Source of the DNA: an uncultured archaeon
GTDB taxonomy: Archaea > Asgardarchaeota > Heimdallarchaeia > Heimdallarchaeales > Kariarchaeaceae
Assembly: GCA_964645535.1 (NCBI GenBank)
Contig: CAZYCQ010000001.1
Span: 1-64,000 of the forward strand
DNA length: 64,000 nucleotides
Direction: 5' to 3'
Translations under genes and position numbers: made by a program
The notes under the pieces: generated by a model
Databases searched by the model: none
What the model saw: only the letters and a program-made list of their open reading frames with translations
Told to the model about the DNA's origin: nothing
Shown: positions 9,607 to 20,162 of the stretch, piece by piece
How positions within the stretch are numbered: the stretch's first letter is position 1
How the letters are laid out: the number at the start of each line of letters is the position of its first letter

Positions 9607-11772
9607 ATGTTAACTGGAGTTGACGTCAGGGTACTCGTCCACGAGATTGAAACAAGCATTTCACGGAGCTGGATCACCAATATTTATCAGCTACCATCCA
9701 ACATTTTTATCTTCAAACTCCGCGATCCAAAAGAAGGCACATATTTTCTTTTAATTGAACCTGGAAAACGATTTCATACCACACAATTCAATCGAGAAAT
9801 GCCTCCTGAACCACCAAATTTCTGTCGTCAACTTCGTTCCCATCTGCGTGACAGGAGGATCAATTCAATCATTCAACGTGACCTCGATCGGATTATCGAG
9901 ATGAATATCGGTCCAGACCCCGGCTATCGCCTTGTTGTTGAACTTTTTGGGGAAGGAAACCTGATTTTGGTATCTCCCAACAACAAAATACTCACTGCAT
10001 TGCGATATCGGAAAATGAGAGACCGTGACATCCATCCAGGACGGGAATTTGTCCAAATGCCCCCCGCACCTAGGGATATTATTCGTACGGGTCTAGATGG
10101 ATTTGAAGATGAGATTAAGAAGGAACAGAAAATTGTTGTGGCATTGAATAAAATTCTTGGTTTGGGACCTTCTTATTCAAGATATGTTTTGCAAGAGGTA
10201 GGTATCACCAAAAAAAAGGTGGACGAATTGACAGAAAAGGAGATAGAAGCAATCAAAACAACCTGCCTTGATCTCAGGGAAAGACTTCTCCAGCACAGAT
10301 ATCAGCCAGTTGTATATCTTGAACCGGAAGAAGAAGGTATGGAACCAGAAGTGGCAGAAGAGGAGGATCAAGATGAAGATGATGATATTGAAATTGTTGA
10401 AGCAGAAGGATTTGATGAGCAGTGGGAAGATGACGCACTTCCGTTTGATCCAGAACGAGTCATCAAGATCTTACCATGGCCGCAAGGATTGATTGAGGGG
10501 GCAATCCTCTTTTATCCAGAAAGCCTCAATCAAGCCCACGATGTATTTTATTCATCACAAGAAGATCAATCTTATCTGATTGAGGACGCCGTTGTTCTTG
10601 AAACAGAAGCGGACAGGTACAAACGCAGATTGGAACAGCAGCGGCTTCATCAGCAGACCATGTTTGAACAGGCAGAATTGGAACGGAAGAAGGCAGATAC
10701 AATCTATGGCTATTTCAATGAAGTCAACGAGCTGATGACAACAGTATACAATGCACGGAAGAAAAAGATTCCTTGGGAAACAATCATCGAGAAATTGGAA
10801 TATGCCAAAGGAAAAGGCATGAAATCTGCAAAAATCCTTAAGGAAATTAACCCGAAAAAAGGGACTATTGTCGTTGAACTTGAAGGGGAAAACGGGCATA
10901 TGGACATAGAGCTCGATTTCACCAAACAGATAACCGACATTGCCAACTCAATGTATGAAAACGCAAAGAAAATGGAAAGAAAAGCCAAAGGTGCAGATAA
11001 AGCAATCGAAATGACTTTGGAGAAGATCAAAGAGGCTGAAAGTTCAGCAGCCGAAATGAGAAGAGAAGCTGCAAAGGAAACAACGGTACTGAAAAGAAGA
11101 AAACGCTGGTATGAAAAATGGCATTGGACTATTGCTCCAGATGGAACAATCATCATTGGTGGATTAGATGCAAGAACAAACGAACAATTGGTAAAAAGAT
11201 ACCTTGAGCAGGATGATTTCTTCTTGCACGCAGATTTGGTGGGAGCGCCTTTTGTCATTATCAAGGCTAACGGAAGGGAGCCATCACAACAAACAGCCCT
11301 TGCAGCCGCTACTATAGGGGTGGCATATTCATCAGCATGGAAATCCAAGAGAGTTGTAGCAGATGCCTACATTGTCAATCCAGATCAAATTTCCCTTCAA
11401 GCGCCTTCAGGAGAATTCCTACCTAAAGGAGGGATAATGATCTATGGTGAGAAGAATTATGTCAGAAATGTTCCTGTTGAAATATTCATCGGATTGATTA
11501 TTGAAAACCATTGGTCAAGGCTTGTAGCAGGAACCAAAGCAGTGATGGAAACCCAACCAATATCAGCCTATGTGAAACTTAAACCGGGAGATACACCTCG
11601 AGGGAAAACTGCAAAGCACATAAGAGGCATGTTTTCGAAAGTAGGCAAACCTGAAGATGGAAGAAAGGTACTGGCGCTTGATGTCAGTGAATTTTCGAAA
11701 ATGGTTCCCGGCGCCTCGGAAATTGCGGAATTCGTTGTCTTGAAGGAAACCAGATCAGAAGAAAATGATTGA
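9607..11772 (+). CDS. rqcH: Ribosome quality-control protein RqcH/Rqc2 (NEMF/NFACT family)
   Basis: NFACT-N (LRSHL, DLDRII, VVELFGEGNLIL), coiled coil, WYEKWHW, GGLDARTNE, FLHAD, APSGEFLPKGG NFACT-R motifs. Confidence 0.93.
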   Translation: MLTGVDVRVLVHEIETSISRSWITNIYQLPSNIFIFKLRDPKEGTYFLLIEPGKRFHTTQFNREMPPEPPNFCRQLRSHLRDRRINSIIQRDLDRIIEMNIGPDPGYRLVVELFGEGNLILVSPNNKILTALRYRKMRDRDIHPGREFVQMPPAPRDIIRTGLDGFEDEIKKEQKIVVALNKILGLGPSYSRYVLQEVGITKKKVDELTEKEIEAIKTTCLDLRERLLQHRYQPVVYLEPEEEGMEPEVAEEEDQDEDDDIEIVEAEGFDEQWEDDALPFDPERVIKILPWPQGLIEGAILFYPESLNQAHDVFYSSQEDQSYLIEDAVVLETEADRYKRRLEQQRLHQQTMFEQAELERKKADTIYGYFNEVNELMTTVYNARKKKIPWETIIEKLEYAKGKGMKSAKILKEINPKKGTIVVELEGENGHMDIELDFTKQITDIANSMYENAKKMERKAKGADKAIEMTLEKIKEAESSAAEMRREAAKETTVLKRRKRWYEKWHWTIAPDGTIIIGGLDARTNEQLVKRYLEQDDFFLHADLVGAPFVIIKANGREPSQQTALAAATIGVAYSSAWKSKRVVADAYIVNPDQISLQAPSGEFLPKGGIMIYGEKNYVRNVPVEIFIGLIIENHWSRLVAGTKAVMETQPISAYVKLKPGDTPRGKTAKHIRGMFSKVGKPEDGRKVLALDVSEFSKMVPGASEIAEFVVLKETRSEEND

Positions 11773-12402
11773 CATACCTACGGCTACACCTACCAAGAAG
11801 ACGCCAATGCTGAACCAAAGTATATTGGTTTCCAAGGATTTGAGGTATTCATCCCTTCCTTCTTTTACAGTTAATCGACGAATCTGGAGGGGGTTGGATT
11901 CGATCTCAACCAATTCCTCGTCAGAGAAATCCATGATATCATAGAATGTAACCAGTGATTTGTTGCTTCGTGTACCATTTTCCGCAAGTAGTTCGAGTTC
12001 AACAACATCTTTCCCACCGAAGTCCTTGATTGTATATTCCTTTTCAAACACACCCCCCTTGAATTCAATTTCTTCAATAGGATTCCCATTTGCAATCAAT
12101 GTGGCTTTTGTAATGTGGTCTTTAGCGGTAAAAGCGGAAATTACAACCTTATTGTAATATGATGAACCGGATCGTGGATAATACAATATAATATCATAGA
12201 CCTTCCTGTACCTACCAGGACCGATGCATCCCGCCAATGTAAAAAGGATACCCGCCGATCCAAAGGTAACGAGACTGACAGGGAAGGAACTTCCCTTTGG
12301 GTAAACAGCTATCCAAAGAATCCAGACCAGTATCAGGATTGCAACGGTTATTCCAATTCCTGTTAATAATCCGTTCCTGAACTGTTTATTATCAAATACC
12401 AT
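11755..12402 (-). CDS. Membrane protein (2 N-terminal TM, small beta domain, C-terminal TM), unknown function
   Basis: Hydrophobic segments at both ends; 215 aa ORF with no competing long ORF. Confidence 0.6.
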   Translation of the reverse strand: MVFDNKQFRNGLLTGIGITVAILILVWILWIAVYPKGSSFPVSLVTFGSAGILFTLAGCIGPGRYRKVYDIILYYPRSGSSYYNKVVISAFTAKDHITKATLIANGNPIEEIEFKGGVFEKEYTIKDFGGKDVVELELLAENGTRSNKSLVTFYDIMDFSDEELVEIESNPLQIRRLTVKEGRDEYLKSLETNILWFSIGVFLVGVAVGMSIIFF

Positions 12403-12450
12403 AAGCAGGTAAAGTGTTGAACACTAAAAAATCTGAGGATTGAATGTATC

Positions 12451-13029
12451 TTATTCTGTCCTTTCAGTTTCTGCATTTTGCTTGTCGTATTCACCCATCA
12501 GGACTTTTCTGAGCCTGTCTCTTTCCAGTTTTTCTTTTTCTTTCTTTTCTTTGTTCAAAATTGTGATGGTATCAAAGTAATCCCTAGTTTCTTCCACCCT
12601 TTTCTTTTTCCTTTGACGCATTTGTTCACGATATTCCTTGTCAAAAAGATCACGTTTGATGATTTGGAGAATTGGCATCTGCTCTTTCTCTTCAAGATCA
12701 CGAATTATCCTCTTCACGTAAAAGTATTGGATGAGGAAGGTAAATACAATGAAAAGAACCAAGATAGTTGTTGTAAATGCTTCAGCATAGGCGGTTGTCC
12801 CTATGAAAAGCCCGAATGCGAGAATCGGAATGCTAAGGAAAATTGCAACGATCAGCGGGACTGCAAGAAAGAGATAGCCTAATTGAATGAGCATCTGTGT
12901 TAGGAATGGACTGCCATTGTAGAAAAACACCATCCAGACGAGAATGACGATGAAAGGCAGAATAATGACTGGAAGGTAGTAAAACAACTTTTGTCCTACA
13001 AGTTCAAGAAGTTGATCTAAAATTGCCAT
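12451..13029 (-). CDS. Membrane protein (3 TM) with charged C-terminal helix, unknown function
   Basis: Three hydrophobic helices then a K/E/R-rich tail. Confidence 0.6.
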   Translation of the reverse strand: MAILDQLLELVGQKLFYYLPVIILPFIVILVWMVFFYNGSPFLTQMLIQLGYLFLAVPLIVAIFLSIPILAFGLFIGTTAYAEAFTTTILVLFIVFTFLIQYFYVKRIIRDLEEKEQMPILQIIKRDLFDKEYREQMRQRKKKRVEETRDYFDTITILNKEKKEKEKLERDRLRKVLMGEYDKQNAETERTE

Positions 13030-13088
13030 AACTGAGCCACCAATTATCTATCTATTCGGTCACTTATTTATGTATGCAAAAGAACAAT

Positions 13089-14363
13089 TCAGGTTCCCTC
13101 ATCGTATGCGGTTAGGTAAGCTTTCTGAGCATCCGACAATTCATCAATTTCGAATCCCATCAATTGCAATTTCAATCGGGCAATTTTTTCGTCCAGTTCC
13201 TTAGGAAGCTCGTAAACATGGTTCCCTTCGGTTCCAACAGTACCATTGGCCAATGAAACAAGGCTGAGAAGTTGACCGGCAAATGACATGTCCATCACTT
13301 CAGAAGGATGACCTTCCGCCGCTGCCAAATTGACAAGCCGTCCCCTTGCCAATAGGTAGATGCGGTGACCTTCCGGCATCACAATTTCTTCATTGTTCGG
13401 TCTGATTGTCCGTACGGATTTTGCGTAATTCAGCAATGCTTCGACTTGGATTTCTACATCATAATGTCCTGTATTGCAGACAATGGCACCATCCTTCATC
13501 GTTTTCAAATGATCCAAAGTAATGACATCCTTCATTCCTGTTGCAGTAATGAACACATCACCGATCTTAGCTGCATCAGTCATTTTCATTACCCGAAATC
13601 CTTCCAAGGTAGCCTTCAGTGCATTGATTGGATCCACTTCAGTGACAACCACATTGGCACCCAATCCTTTTGCCCGATTGGCGACACCTCGTCCACAATG
13701 CCCATAACCTGCGACAACAACCGTTTTACCAGCCAACAGGATTGAGGTGGCTCTCATAATTCCATCAAGGGTTGATTGACCAGTCCCGTAAACATTATCG
13801 AATTCCCACTTCGTAGGGGTGTCATTTACTGCAATGATTGGATACATTAATTTGTTATCCTTGTCCATTGCTCTAAGTCTATGTACTCCAGTTGTGGTTT
13901 CTTCCGTTCCTCCAACGATATGTTTGGCCAATTCAGGTTTCTTTGAATGAACTCGGAATATGAGGTCTGCTCCATCATCTAAAGTAAGGGTGGGTTCAAA
14001 TTCCAACGTTTGATCAATTGCCCAATAATATTCCTCAGTGTTCATTCCATGCCATGCCCAAATCTTGACTCCATTGGCAGCCAATGCAGCGGCAACTTCA
14101 TCGTTAGTGGAAAGCGGATTGCAACCACACCAAGCAACGTCTGCACCTGCCGCAACCAAGGTCTCAACGAGAACAGCAGTTTCCTTGGTGACATGGAGGC
14201 ATCCAGCAATTCGGTGACCCTTGAGTGGTTTGGTTTTGCTGAATTCTTCTCGTAAAGACATCAGAACAGGCATTCTTGATTCTGCCCAATCGATTCGTTT
14301 TCTTCCTTCTTCAGCCAAAGAAATATCCCTGACCTTGAATGGATGGGTTAAATCTTGTGTCAT
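13089..14363 (-). CDS. ahcY: Adenosylhomocysteinase
   Basis: GCLHVTKETA, CNPLST, DDGAD, EETTTG, KWEFDNVYG, GYGHCGRG, GRLVNLAAAEGHPSEVMDMSF. Confidence 0.98.
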   Translation of the reverse strand: MTQDLTHPFKVRDISLAEEGRKRIDWAESRMPVLMSLREEFSKTKPLKGHRIAGCLHVTKETAVLVETLVAAGADVAWCGCNPLSTNDEVAAALAANGVKIWAWHGMNTEEYYWAIDQTLEFEPTLTLDDGADLIFRVHSKKPELAKHIVGGTEETTTGVHRLRAMDKDNKLMYPIIAVNDTPTKWEFDNVYGTGQSTLDGIMRATSILLAGKTVVVAGYGHCGRGVANRAKGLGANVVVTEVDPINALKATLEGFRVMKMTDAAKIGDVFITATGMKDVITLDHLKTMKDGAIVCNTGHYDVEIQVEALLNYAKSVRTIRPNNEEIVMPEGHRIYLLARGRLVNLAAAEGHPSEVMDMSFAGQLLSLVSLANGTVGTEGNHVYELPKELDEKIARLKLQLMGFEIDELSDAQKAYLTAYDEGT

Positions 14364-14407
14364 AAGTTGTCCATCGAGACCATCAAAAAAAGACTTGTGG
14401 ATGAGGA

Positions 14408-15148
14408 CTAATGTGCAAAACCTAGGAATTTTTCGCCCAATTGTGGATCCTTAAGGATTGCTTGGGCATCATCATGGTGAACTACACGCCCACTTGCAAA
14501 AACATACCCATAGTCTGAATGAGCCAATGCAGATTTAGCGTTTTGTTCAACCAAAAGGATACTGACACCTTCCTCTCGTAATTCCTTGATTTTGCGAAGG
14601 ATAGTTTCAACATAGGTCGGACTCAGAGCTGCGGTAGGTTCGTCCAACAAGAGAAGTGTTGGACCAGTCATCAAAGCTCGACCTAGGGCAAGCATCTGTC
14701 TCTGACCTCCAGAAAGGTTAGAGGCAAATTCAAACCTTCGTGGCTTAAGATCTGGAAATATTGAAAATACATAATCAATAGCATCTTCCAAATTACCATC
14801 CGAAAGATAGAAACCCATTTCCAAGTTTTCCTCTATTGTCAGATCAGGAAAAACATTATTGACTTGAGGTACATAGGAGATACCCCAACGCACCAACAGG
14901 TCCGTTCGTTTTTTCATTATTGGAGTTTGTGCATATTCCACGTATCCTGAATAATATGAAGCAAGTCCATAAATTATTTTGAGAAAAGTAGATTTACCAC
15001 AGCCATTTGGTCCAATGATTGTTACAATTTCCTGCTTGTCCATGGTTAAGGAAATGTCATAAATAATCTGTACTTTACCATACCCACCCTGTAGGTTTTT
15101 AACCTTCAGAATAGGATTGGCCACTTCTCGAAGTTCTTTGCCGTTCAT
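14408..15148 (-). CDS. livF: Branched-chain amino acid ABC transporter ATPase (LivF-type)
   Basis: GPNGCGKST, LSGGQRQMLALGRALM, LLLLDEPT, LLVEQN. Confidence 0.92.
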   Translation of the reverse strand: MNGKELREVANPILKVKNLQGGYGKVQIIYDISLTMDKQEIVTIIGPNGCGKSTFLKIIYGLASYYSGYVEYAQTPIMKKRTDLLVRWGISYVPQVNNVFPDLTIEENLEMGFYLSDGNLEDAIDYVFSIFPDLKPRRFEFASNLSGGQRQMLALGRALMTGPTLLLLDEPTAALSPTYVETILRKIKELREEGVSILLVEQNAKSALAHSDYGYVFASGRVVHHDDAQAILKDPQLGEKFLGFAH

Positions 15149-15152
15149 CGCA

Positions 15153-15926
15153 TTAACCTCCTAGATAGGCGTCAATTACCGCCTTTTCTTTTATGATCTG
15201 ATCTGGCGTGCCTGATGCAATGATCTCCCCCAAGTTCATAACATAGATCATATCCACTTCCTCTTTAAGAATGAATTCCAAGTTGTGTTCAATAATCAGG
15301 ATTGAGATATCCCTTTCCTTTCTGAGGCGATCTAAATAGTGGAATATTTTTTCAGCAAGAGGTCCAGCAACACCAGCAACAGGTTCATCCAAAAGCAACA
15401 CTTTCGGATCACTCATTAACACCCTTCCTATATCAACTAATTTTGATTGACCTCCAGAAAGTTCAGAGGCAAGATTATATGCCATGTGGCTGATTTCAAG
15501 GATTTCCAAAATCTCAAATGCTTTTTCGATCAATTCCTCCTCCTGTATCTGCCAAGTCTTGAATTTGCGGAATAGACCTTTCAACGAAGTCCCAAGTTGG
15601 TGTTTTGGAGGGAGTAAAAGGTTTTCAATCACAGTCAATTCTCTCCAAAGTCGAGTATTTTGGAAAGTTCGGGAAAGACCAAGATGATTGATTTCATGTG
15701 GCGGGAGACCAGTAGCGTCTTGTCCGAAAATTGTCACAGTTCCTTCATCATAAGGGATCAATCCCGAAATTGTATTGAACGTAGTGGATTTTCCACAACC
15801 ATTCGGTCCGATAAGCCCGGTAATGGAATTTCTCTCTACTTTGAAGCTGATTCCTTTGACGGCTTGAAGACCTCCAAAGCTTTTTCGTAAGTTTTCGACT
15901 TTCAGTGCAATATTCTCGTCCATCAT
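15153..15926 (-). CDS. livG: Branched-chain amino acid ABC transporter ATPase (LivG-type)
   Basis: KSFGGLQAV, GPNGCGKST, RTFQ, LSGGQ, DEPVAG, IIEH, VIDAYLG. Start placed after a GAGGTG SD. Confidence 0.92.
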   Translation of the reverse strand: MMDENIALKVENLRKSFGGLQAVKGISFKVERNSITGLIGPNGCGKSTTFNTISGLIPYDEGTVTIFGQDATGLPPHEINHLGLSRTFQNTRLWRELTVIENLLLPPKHQLGTSLKGLFRKFKTWQIQEEELIEKAFEILEILEISHMAYNLASELSGGQSKLVDIGRVLMSDPKVLLLDEPVAGVAGPLAEKIFHYLDRLRKERDISILIIEHNLEFILKEEVDMIYVMNLGEIIASGTPDQIIKEKAVIDAYLGG

Positions 15927-15934
15927 GATCCACC

Positions 15935-18520
15935 TCATTTACCCATTCTTTTTCTTGGAGGTCGATATGGCATTTCTGGGATCAGACCTCGGTTAAAGAA
16001 AATAGTGAATACAATAATCGTTACACCTATGGCAAGAATCTGAAGAAATGTTAAGTCAAGGACGACATCTTCACGGTTGGGGCCGAAATAAGCTTGCCAA
16101 CTTGAATTGCCAAATAGGAAACCTCCAACATCCACAACAAAGAAACGGAAAATGTCATCCATGATTTTCACGATCAATACCTTGTCCCTATTGACATTGC
16201 TTAAGTTTCTTACAACTCTAGAGGTAAGAGCAAGGAAGGTAGAACCGACAATCATACCTTTATTGTTTCCTTTTCCACCCAAGATGAATGCGCCCCAGAC
16301 CAGAAAAGTTGAAGAAACAGGATTCATCAGATCTGGGAAGATGTTCACCAAAAGCCAAGCCCACATTGCACCACCTGCGGCAGCAACTCCTGCACCAATA
16401 GCAAGTGAAGTGGCCTTATATTTGAATACATCATAACCATATGTTTCGGCAACGTCTTCATCTTCCCGGATAGTTTTCCAAACCCTTCCATAGGGAGAAT
16501 TCACTAAATACTCAACAATGAAGAAGATCAGAATCAAGACAATGACGCTGAATCCTGCCAAAAAATTGAAGTAATGTGAAGAGAAGTTGGCTTCCCACCA
16601 ATCCCTTCCAAATCCTCTAATGTTGGCGATACCAGGAACTGAGAAATCTTGAGTGTCAGCAGTTCTGAATTTCAGCCATGGCTCGACATTAAGCATAATA
16701 CGAACGACTTCCCCAAGTGAAATCGTAACAATGGCGAAATAATCGGTTCGAAGATTGAGGGTAGGAAAGGCAAGCAAATATCCGATTACCATTGCAAGAG
16801 CAATCCCGATAAACATGGTCGTAAGTGGTTCAATGTGGTACTTTGAAATCAAGAGACCTGAAGTAATTGCGCCTATTCCCGCAAAGAACACCACGCCGAA
16901 ATTGACAAGCCCAGTGTAGCCAGTATGGATATTAAGGGAAATTGCGAAGATTGAAAAAATTGCAGAGTAGATTATAAATTCAAGCAAGAAATTTCTTTTT
17001 GCCTCAAAATTTACAGCAGGCTGCAACCATGCAATCAAAGCCAAAATTAACATGAAAACGACAAACAGCGTCAGTTGATACCATTTTTGGTAAAGATGAG
17101 ACCTATGTAGATTTCTCAACCAAATGAAAAGGTCATACAATTTTATTGCCTTGAAAAATTGGAAAAGCATTGAATTGATTTGAAGTCGTATCTGTCCAAT
17201 GAAAGATCCAAATTGTTCAAAAAAGGCTGCCATTGCCCCCATGGGAACTGCATTTTGCGGGGTTTTGACCCCTACAAGAATCGGTTCGGCTTTGGTAATT
17301 TCTTCCTCTGGTTCACCGTCTAGAGCCTTTAATATCTTTGGAAGGATTTCCTTCATTTTTTCCTCAAGCATGAATCCTATTCCTTCTGAAAAGAAAAGCA
17401 GGATAATGATAAGAAAGACAAATGGAACCACATCACGATATGAGGTCATTTGTTGACGAAACGGCAATGCACTCATTGCACCAAGAAATGGATCAGAAAA
17501 GGCTCGTGCAAATCCAATAATGTAAGCACTGAAAAATGCACCTACCAATGAACCTACACTTCCCAACACGATGACTGCAAACGCTGGAAGCAGATAAACA
17601 GCACCTGTATCAGGTTTGAATTGAATGGTTGAAGCAAGGATTGCACCTCCGAAACCTGCAAATCCACCAGAAATGAACCACGTAATCCGGTAAACACCTT
17701 CAACATTAATTCCAGAACTTGCAGCGAGGTCAGGATTGGAAGCGGTTGCACGAATGGCTTTTCCTAATTTGGTAAATTGTAGGAAGAGAAATAGACCTAG
17801 AATCATTAAGAAAATGATGGCAATCATGATAAGATCAATGATTTGAACACTGAATGTTGAAGTTGAAATAAAACCTGAGCTTCCCTTACCTATATTCCAT
17901 CTATAACGGATTGTCGGAACCAAGAATGATCCAAATTCGTCTCGTTCACGAGGGGTGAAATATTGGAAAGCGCCACCAAATCTAAGATAAATCAGAGATC
18001 GCAAAACCAAGGCCAGACCTAATGAACTTATCATCATTGTTTGAGGAGGAGAGTTCCGATCTCTTAGAGGTTTGAAAACGAAAATATCCGCAATTATTGC
18101 AATCAGACCAGAGATTACAAACGCCCCTAACAGAGCAACAGGAAGGAGGAAATTGTACAACGGCCCATTATTTTTCACAAACAACGGAAGACCCTGTAAA
18201 AAAATCGCAACATAACCACCTATTGTCAAGAATTCAGCATGGGCAAAATTCGCAAATCGCAGGGTTCGGTAGGTAAGGGTCAATCCCATGCCTATCGCTA
18301 AATAAATGGAGCCCCAAAACAGAGTATCTTTTGTAATTGAGGCAAAATTGAATGTTGCAGTCAACGAGTTACCGCTAATCGTTGCAAGAGCTTCTGTAAA
18401 TAGAGAGGCCAATCCCAGAATAATCACAGCAGAGACAACAAAATGGGTTTTCGGTCTCTCTTCTTTAAAAGAGGAAATTCGTCCTCTGAAAGTTAAACGA
18501 TCGTTTTCCTTCTCTTCCAT
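15935..18520 (-). CDS. Fused LivH-LivM branched-chain amino acid ABC permease
   Basis: N-half GLTLTY..FANFAHAE, TKLGKAIRA (LivH); C-half SLNIHTGYTGLVNFG, LRTDYFAIVT, SPYGR..IREDEDVA (LivM); one uninterrupted 861 aa ORF. Confidence 0.9.
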   Translation of the reverse strand: MEEKENDRLTFRGRISSFKEERPKTHFVVSAVIILGLASLFTEALATISGNSLTATFNFASITKDTLFWGSIYLAIGMGLTLTYRTLRFANFAHAEFLTIGGYVAIFLQGLPLFVKNNGPLYNFLLPVALLGAFVISGLIAIIADIFVFKPLRDRNSPPQTMMISSLGLALVLRSLIYLRFGGAFQYFTPRERDEFGSFLVPTIRYRWNIGKGSSGFISTSTFSVQIIDLIMIAIIFLMILGLFLFLQFTKLGKAIRATASNPDLAASSGINVEGVYRITWFISGGFAGFGGAILASTIQFKPDTGAVYLLPAFAVIVLGSVGSLVGAFFSAYIIGFARAFSDPFLGAMSALPFRQQMTSYRDVVPFVFLIIILLFFSEGIGFMLEEKMKEILPKILKALDGEPEEEITKAEPILVGVKTPQNAVPMGAMAAFFEQFGSFIGQIRLQINSMLFQFFKAIKLYDLFIWLRNLHRSHLYQKWYQLTLFVVFMLILALIAWLQPAVNFEAKRNFLLEFIIYSAIFSIFAISLNIHTGYTGLVNFGVVFFAGIGAITSGLLISKYHIEPLTTMFIGIALAMVIGYLLAFPTLNLRTDYFAIVTISLGEVVRIMLNVEPWLKFRTADTQDFSVPGIANIRGFGRDWWEANFSSHYFNFLAGFSVIVLILIFFIVEYLVNSPYGRVWKTIREDEDVAETYGYDVFKYKATSLAIGAGVAAAGGAMWAWLLVNIFPDLMNPVSSTFLVWGAFILGGKGNNKGMIVGSTFLALTSRVVRNLSNVNRDKVLIVKIMDDIFRFFVVDVGGFLFGNSSWQAYFGPNREDVVLDLTFLQILAIGVTIIVFTIFFNRGLIPEMPYRPPRKRMGK

Positions 18521-18640
18521 AGGTTAGTTTTGACAGAACATTTTTAACCTTAATTAATCCTGATGCTAAAATCGTAAAAATTATTCGGTTATTATCGGAT
18601 TTATTGCAATTTTCTACTTAATTCGTGTTGCAGTTACGAT

Positions 18641-19927
18641 TTAAATTTTCTTTAATTTTTTCCTCAATGGGATCATGAGTACCAGAGCAAAGAGGAAGGG
18701 CATAAGGTTGATTGGAGATGTAGCTTTAGTGGCTTTTGCGACAGTCTTGCTTTCATCAAGGGTTAAACCATTGGTGGCGTCCCAAGATCCGACAACAACA
18801 ATTGCACCATCTCCATTTTCATCCTTCTGTGCCTGCCAGATGTCGTATGTTCCTCCAAGAATATCTCCGTTGGAATCAAAGGTGATCGTTCCAGAAACAC
18901 CCTGATAATTGTTTCCAACAGTTGGAAGAGCAGCCTTGACATCTGCACCATCAGTTGAGCCAGCTTCCATAACTGCCTTTCCGATGAGCATGGTTGCATC
19001 ATAGGCTTCTGCAACAAAGATACCAGGGTCTTCACCGTACTTGGCTTTATAAGCAGCAACGAAGTCAGCTGTCCCAGTTACTTTTGGAGCAGTTCCAAGA
19101 ACACCGATGAAGCTGTCGTTTGCACCAGGCTTTGCGAACATTCCACTTGTGGCAATACCATCCGTTCCGATGACAGGGACGTTCACGCCTTGCTCATAAA
19201 GCTCATTGATTATGGAAGCACCATCATCAACAAAGCTTACCATGAAGACACCATCAGGATCTGCATCCTTGATGGCAGAGACATGTGAGGCGAAATCAGT
19301 TTCCTTCTCTTGATCATAAGCTCTATTGATAGCAATGGTGTTTGAGGAATCTTTTGCTTTGAAGGCTGTTTCGAATGCACCGGTCAATCCCTGCCCATAA
19401 GGATCATCTATGCCGATAATGGCAACATTGTGAAGACCCAAATGGTCAGCAAGATCGGCAGCAGCTTTACCTTGGAAAGCATCAGATGGGACAACCCTGA
19501 AGAGGTACCCGTCATCGTCTGCGGTGGTAATGGCTGGTGAGGTGGAAGCATATGAGATCATGGGAATCTTGTTTGCCTTGGCGGCTTCCATGGCAGCCAA
19601 TGTGGAGGATGAAGCAGCTGCACCAACAACACCAGAAACACCGGCTGTAACTAGATTGTTCATAGCTTCACGAGCGCCGTCAGCAGATGTTTTTGTATCC
19701 TGAACGACAAGCTCGAATTCATAGTCGTTTGTCATTGCATTAAGGTCTTCGATTGCCAAGTTTGCACCATTTTCGAAAGTTTGACCCAAAACACCCAAGG
19801 ATCCAGTTTTCGGGGTCAATAGCCCGATTTTGACAGGAGTCGCTTGAGCTTTGGTCTCAAAAACGGTGGTGAAACCAAAGACCATAAGCGAAAGTACTAT
19901 TATGGTCAATAATGATTTTCTATTCAT
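18641..19927 (-). CDS. Branched-chain amino acid ABC substrate-binding protein (LivK/LivJ-like) with C-terminal membrane anchor
   Basis: Signal peptide, VKIGLLTPKTG, ISYASTSP, YLFRVVPSDAFQG, AYDA, GVSGTITFDSNGD; terminal TM + basic tail. Confidence 0.93.
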   Translation of the reverse strand: MNRKSLLTIIVLSLMVFGFTTVFETKAQATPVKIGLLTPKTGSLGVLGQTFENGANLAIEDLNAMTNDYEFELVVQDTKTSADGAREAMNNLVTAGVSGVVGAAASSSTLAAMEAAKANKIPMISYASTSPAITTADDDGYLFRVVPSDAFQGKAAADLADHLGLHNVAIIGIDDPYGQGLTGAFETAFKAKDSSNTIAINRAYDQEKETDFASHVSAIKDADPDGVFMVSFVDDGASIINELYEQGVNVPVIGTDGIATSGMFAKPGANDSFIGVLGTAPKVTGTADFVAAYKAKYGEDPGIFVAEAYDATMLIGKAVMEAGSTDGADVKAALPTVGNNYQGVSGTITFDSNGDILGGTYDIWQAQKDENGDGAIVVVGSWDATNGLTLDESKTVAKATKATSPINLMPFLFALVLMIPLRKKLKKI

Positions 19928-19934
19928 TTCAATT

Positions 19935-19980
19935 ACCTCTGAAATAAGGTATGTTAGGTATTATATTCACTTTATAAATT
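19935..19980 (-). promoter_or_regulatory. Putative TATA box (TTTATAAA, 19971-19978) and SD (GAGGT, 19935-19939) of the liv operon
   Basis: Archaeal consensus elements at plausible spacing upstream of ATG 19927. Confidence 0.5.
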
Positions 19981-20162
19981 TTAGTCACGTCAAATCGAAG
20001 AGAAAAAAGATTCGAACCAACCAATTGACATTTATACGATATATTTATTTTTCATAGGTAAAAAATAAAAAACTCGAATATTGTGTTCGAAATACGAACG
20101 AGATACTCACATGAGTCGACAGTAGTCCCATTGCTCTTAATACGATTTGCTGATTTTTTTCA

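Noticed and set aside
10710-11348. 212 aa hydrophobic minus-strand ORF
   Set aside because: Antisense to the K/E-rich coiled coil of rqcH; the hydrophobicity comes from reverse-complemented Lys/Glu codons.
19928-20162. AT-rich region upstream of oapA as a replication origin
   Set aside because: No ORB-like TTCCAxxGGAA/G-string repeats and no orc1/cdc6 nearby; explained by divergent promoters.
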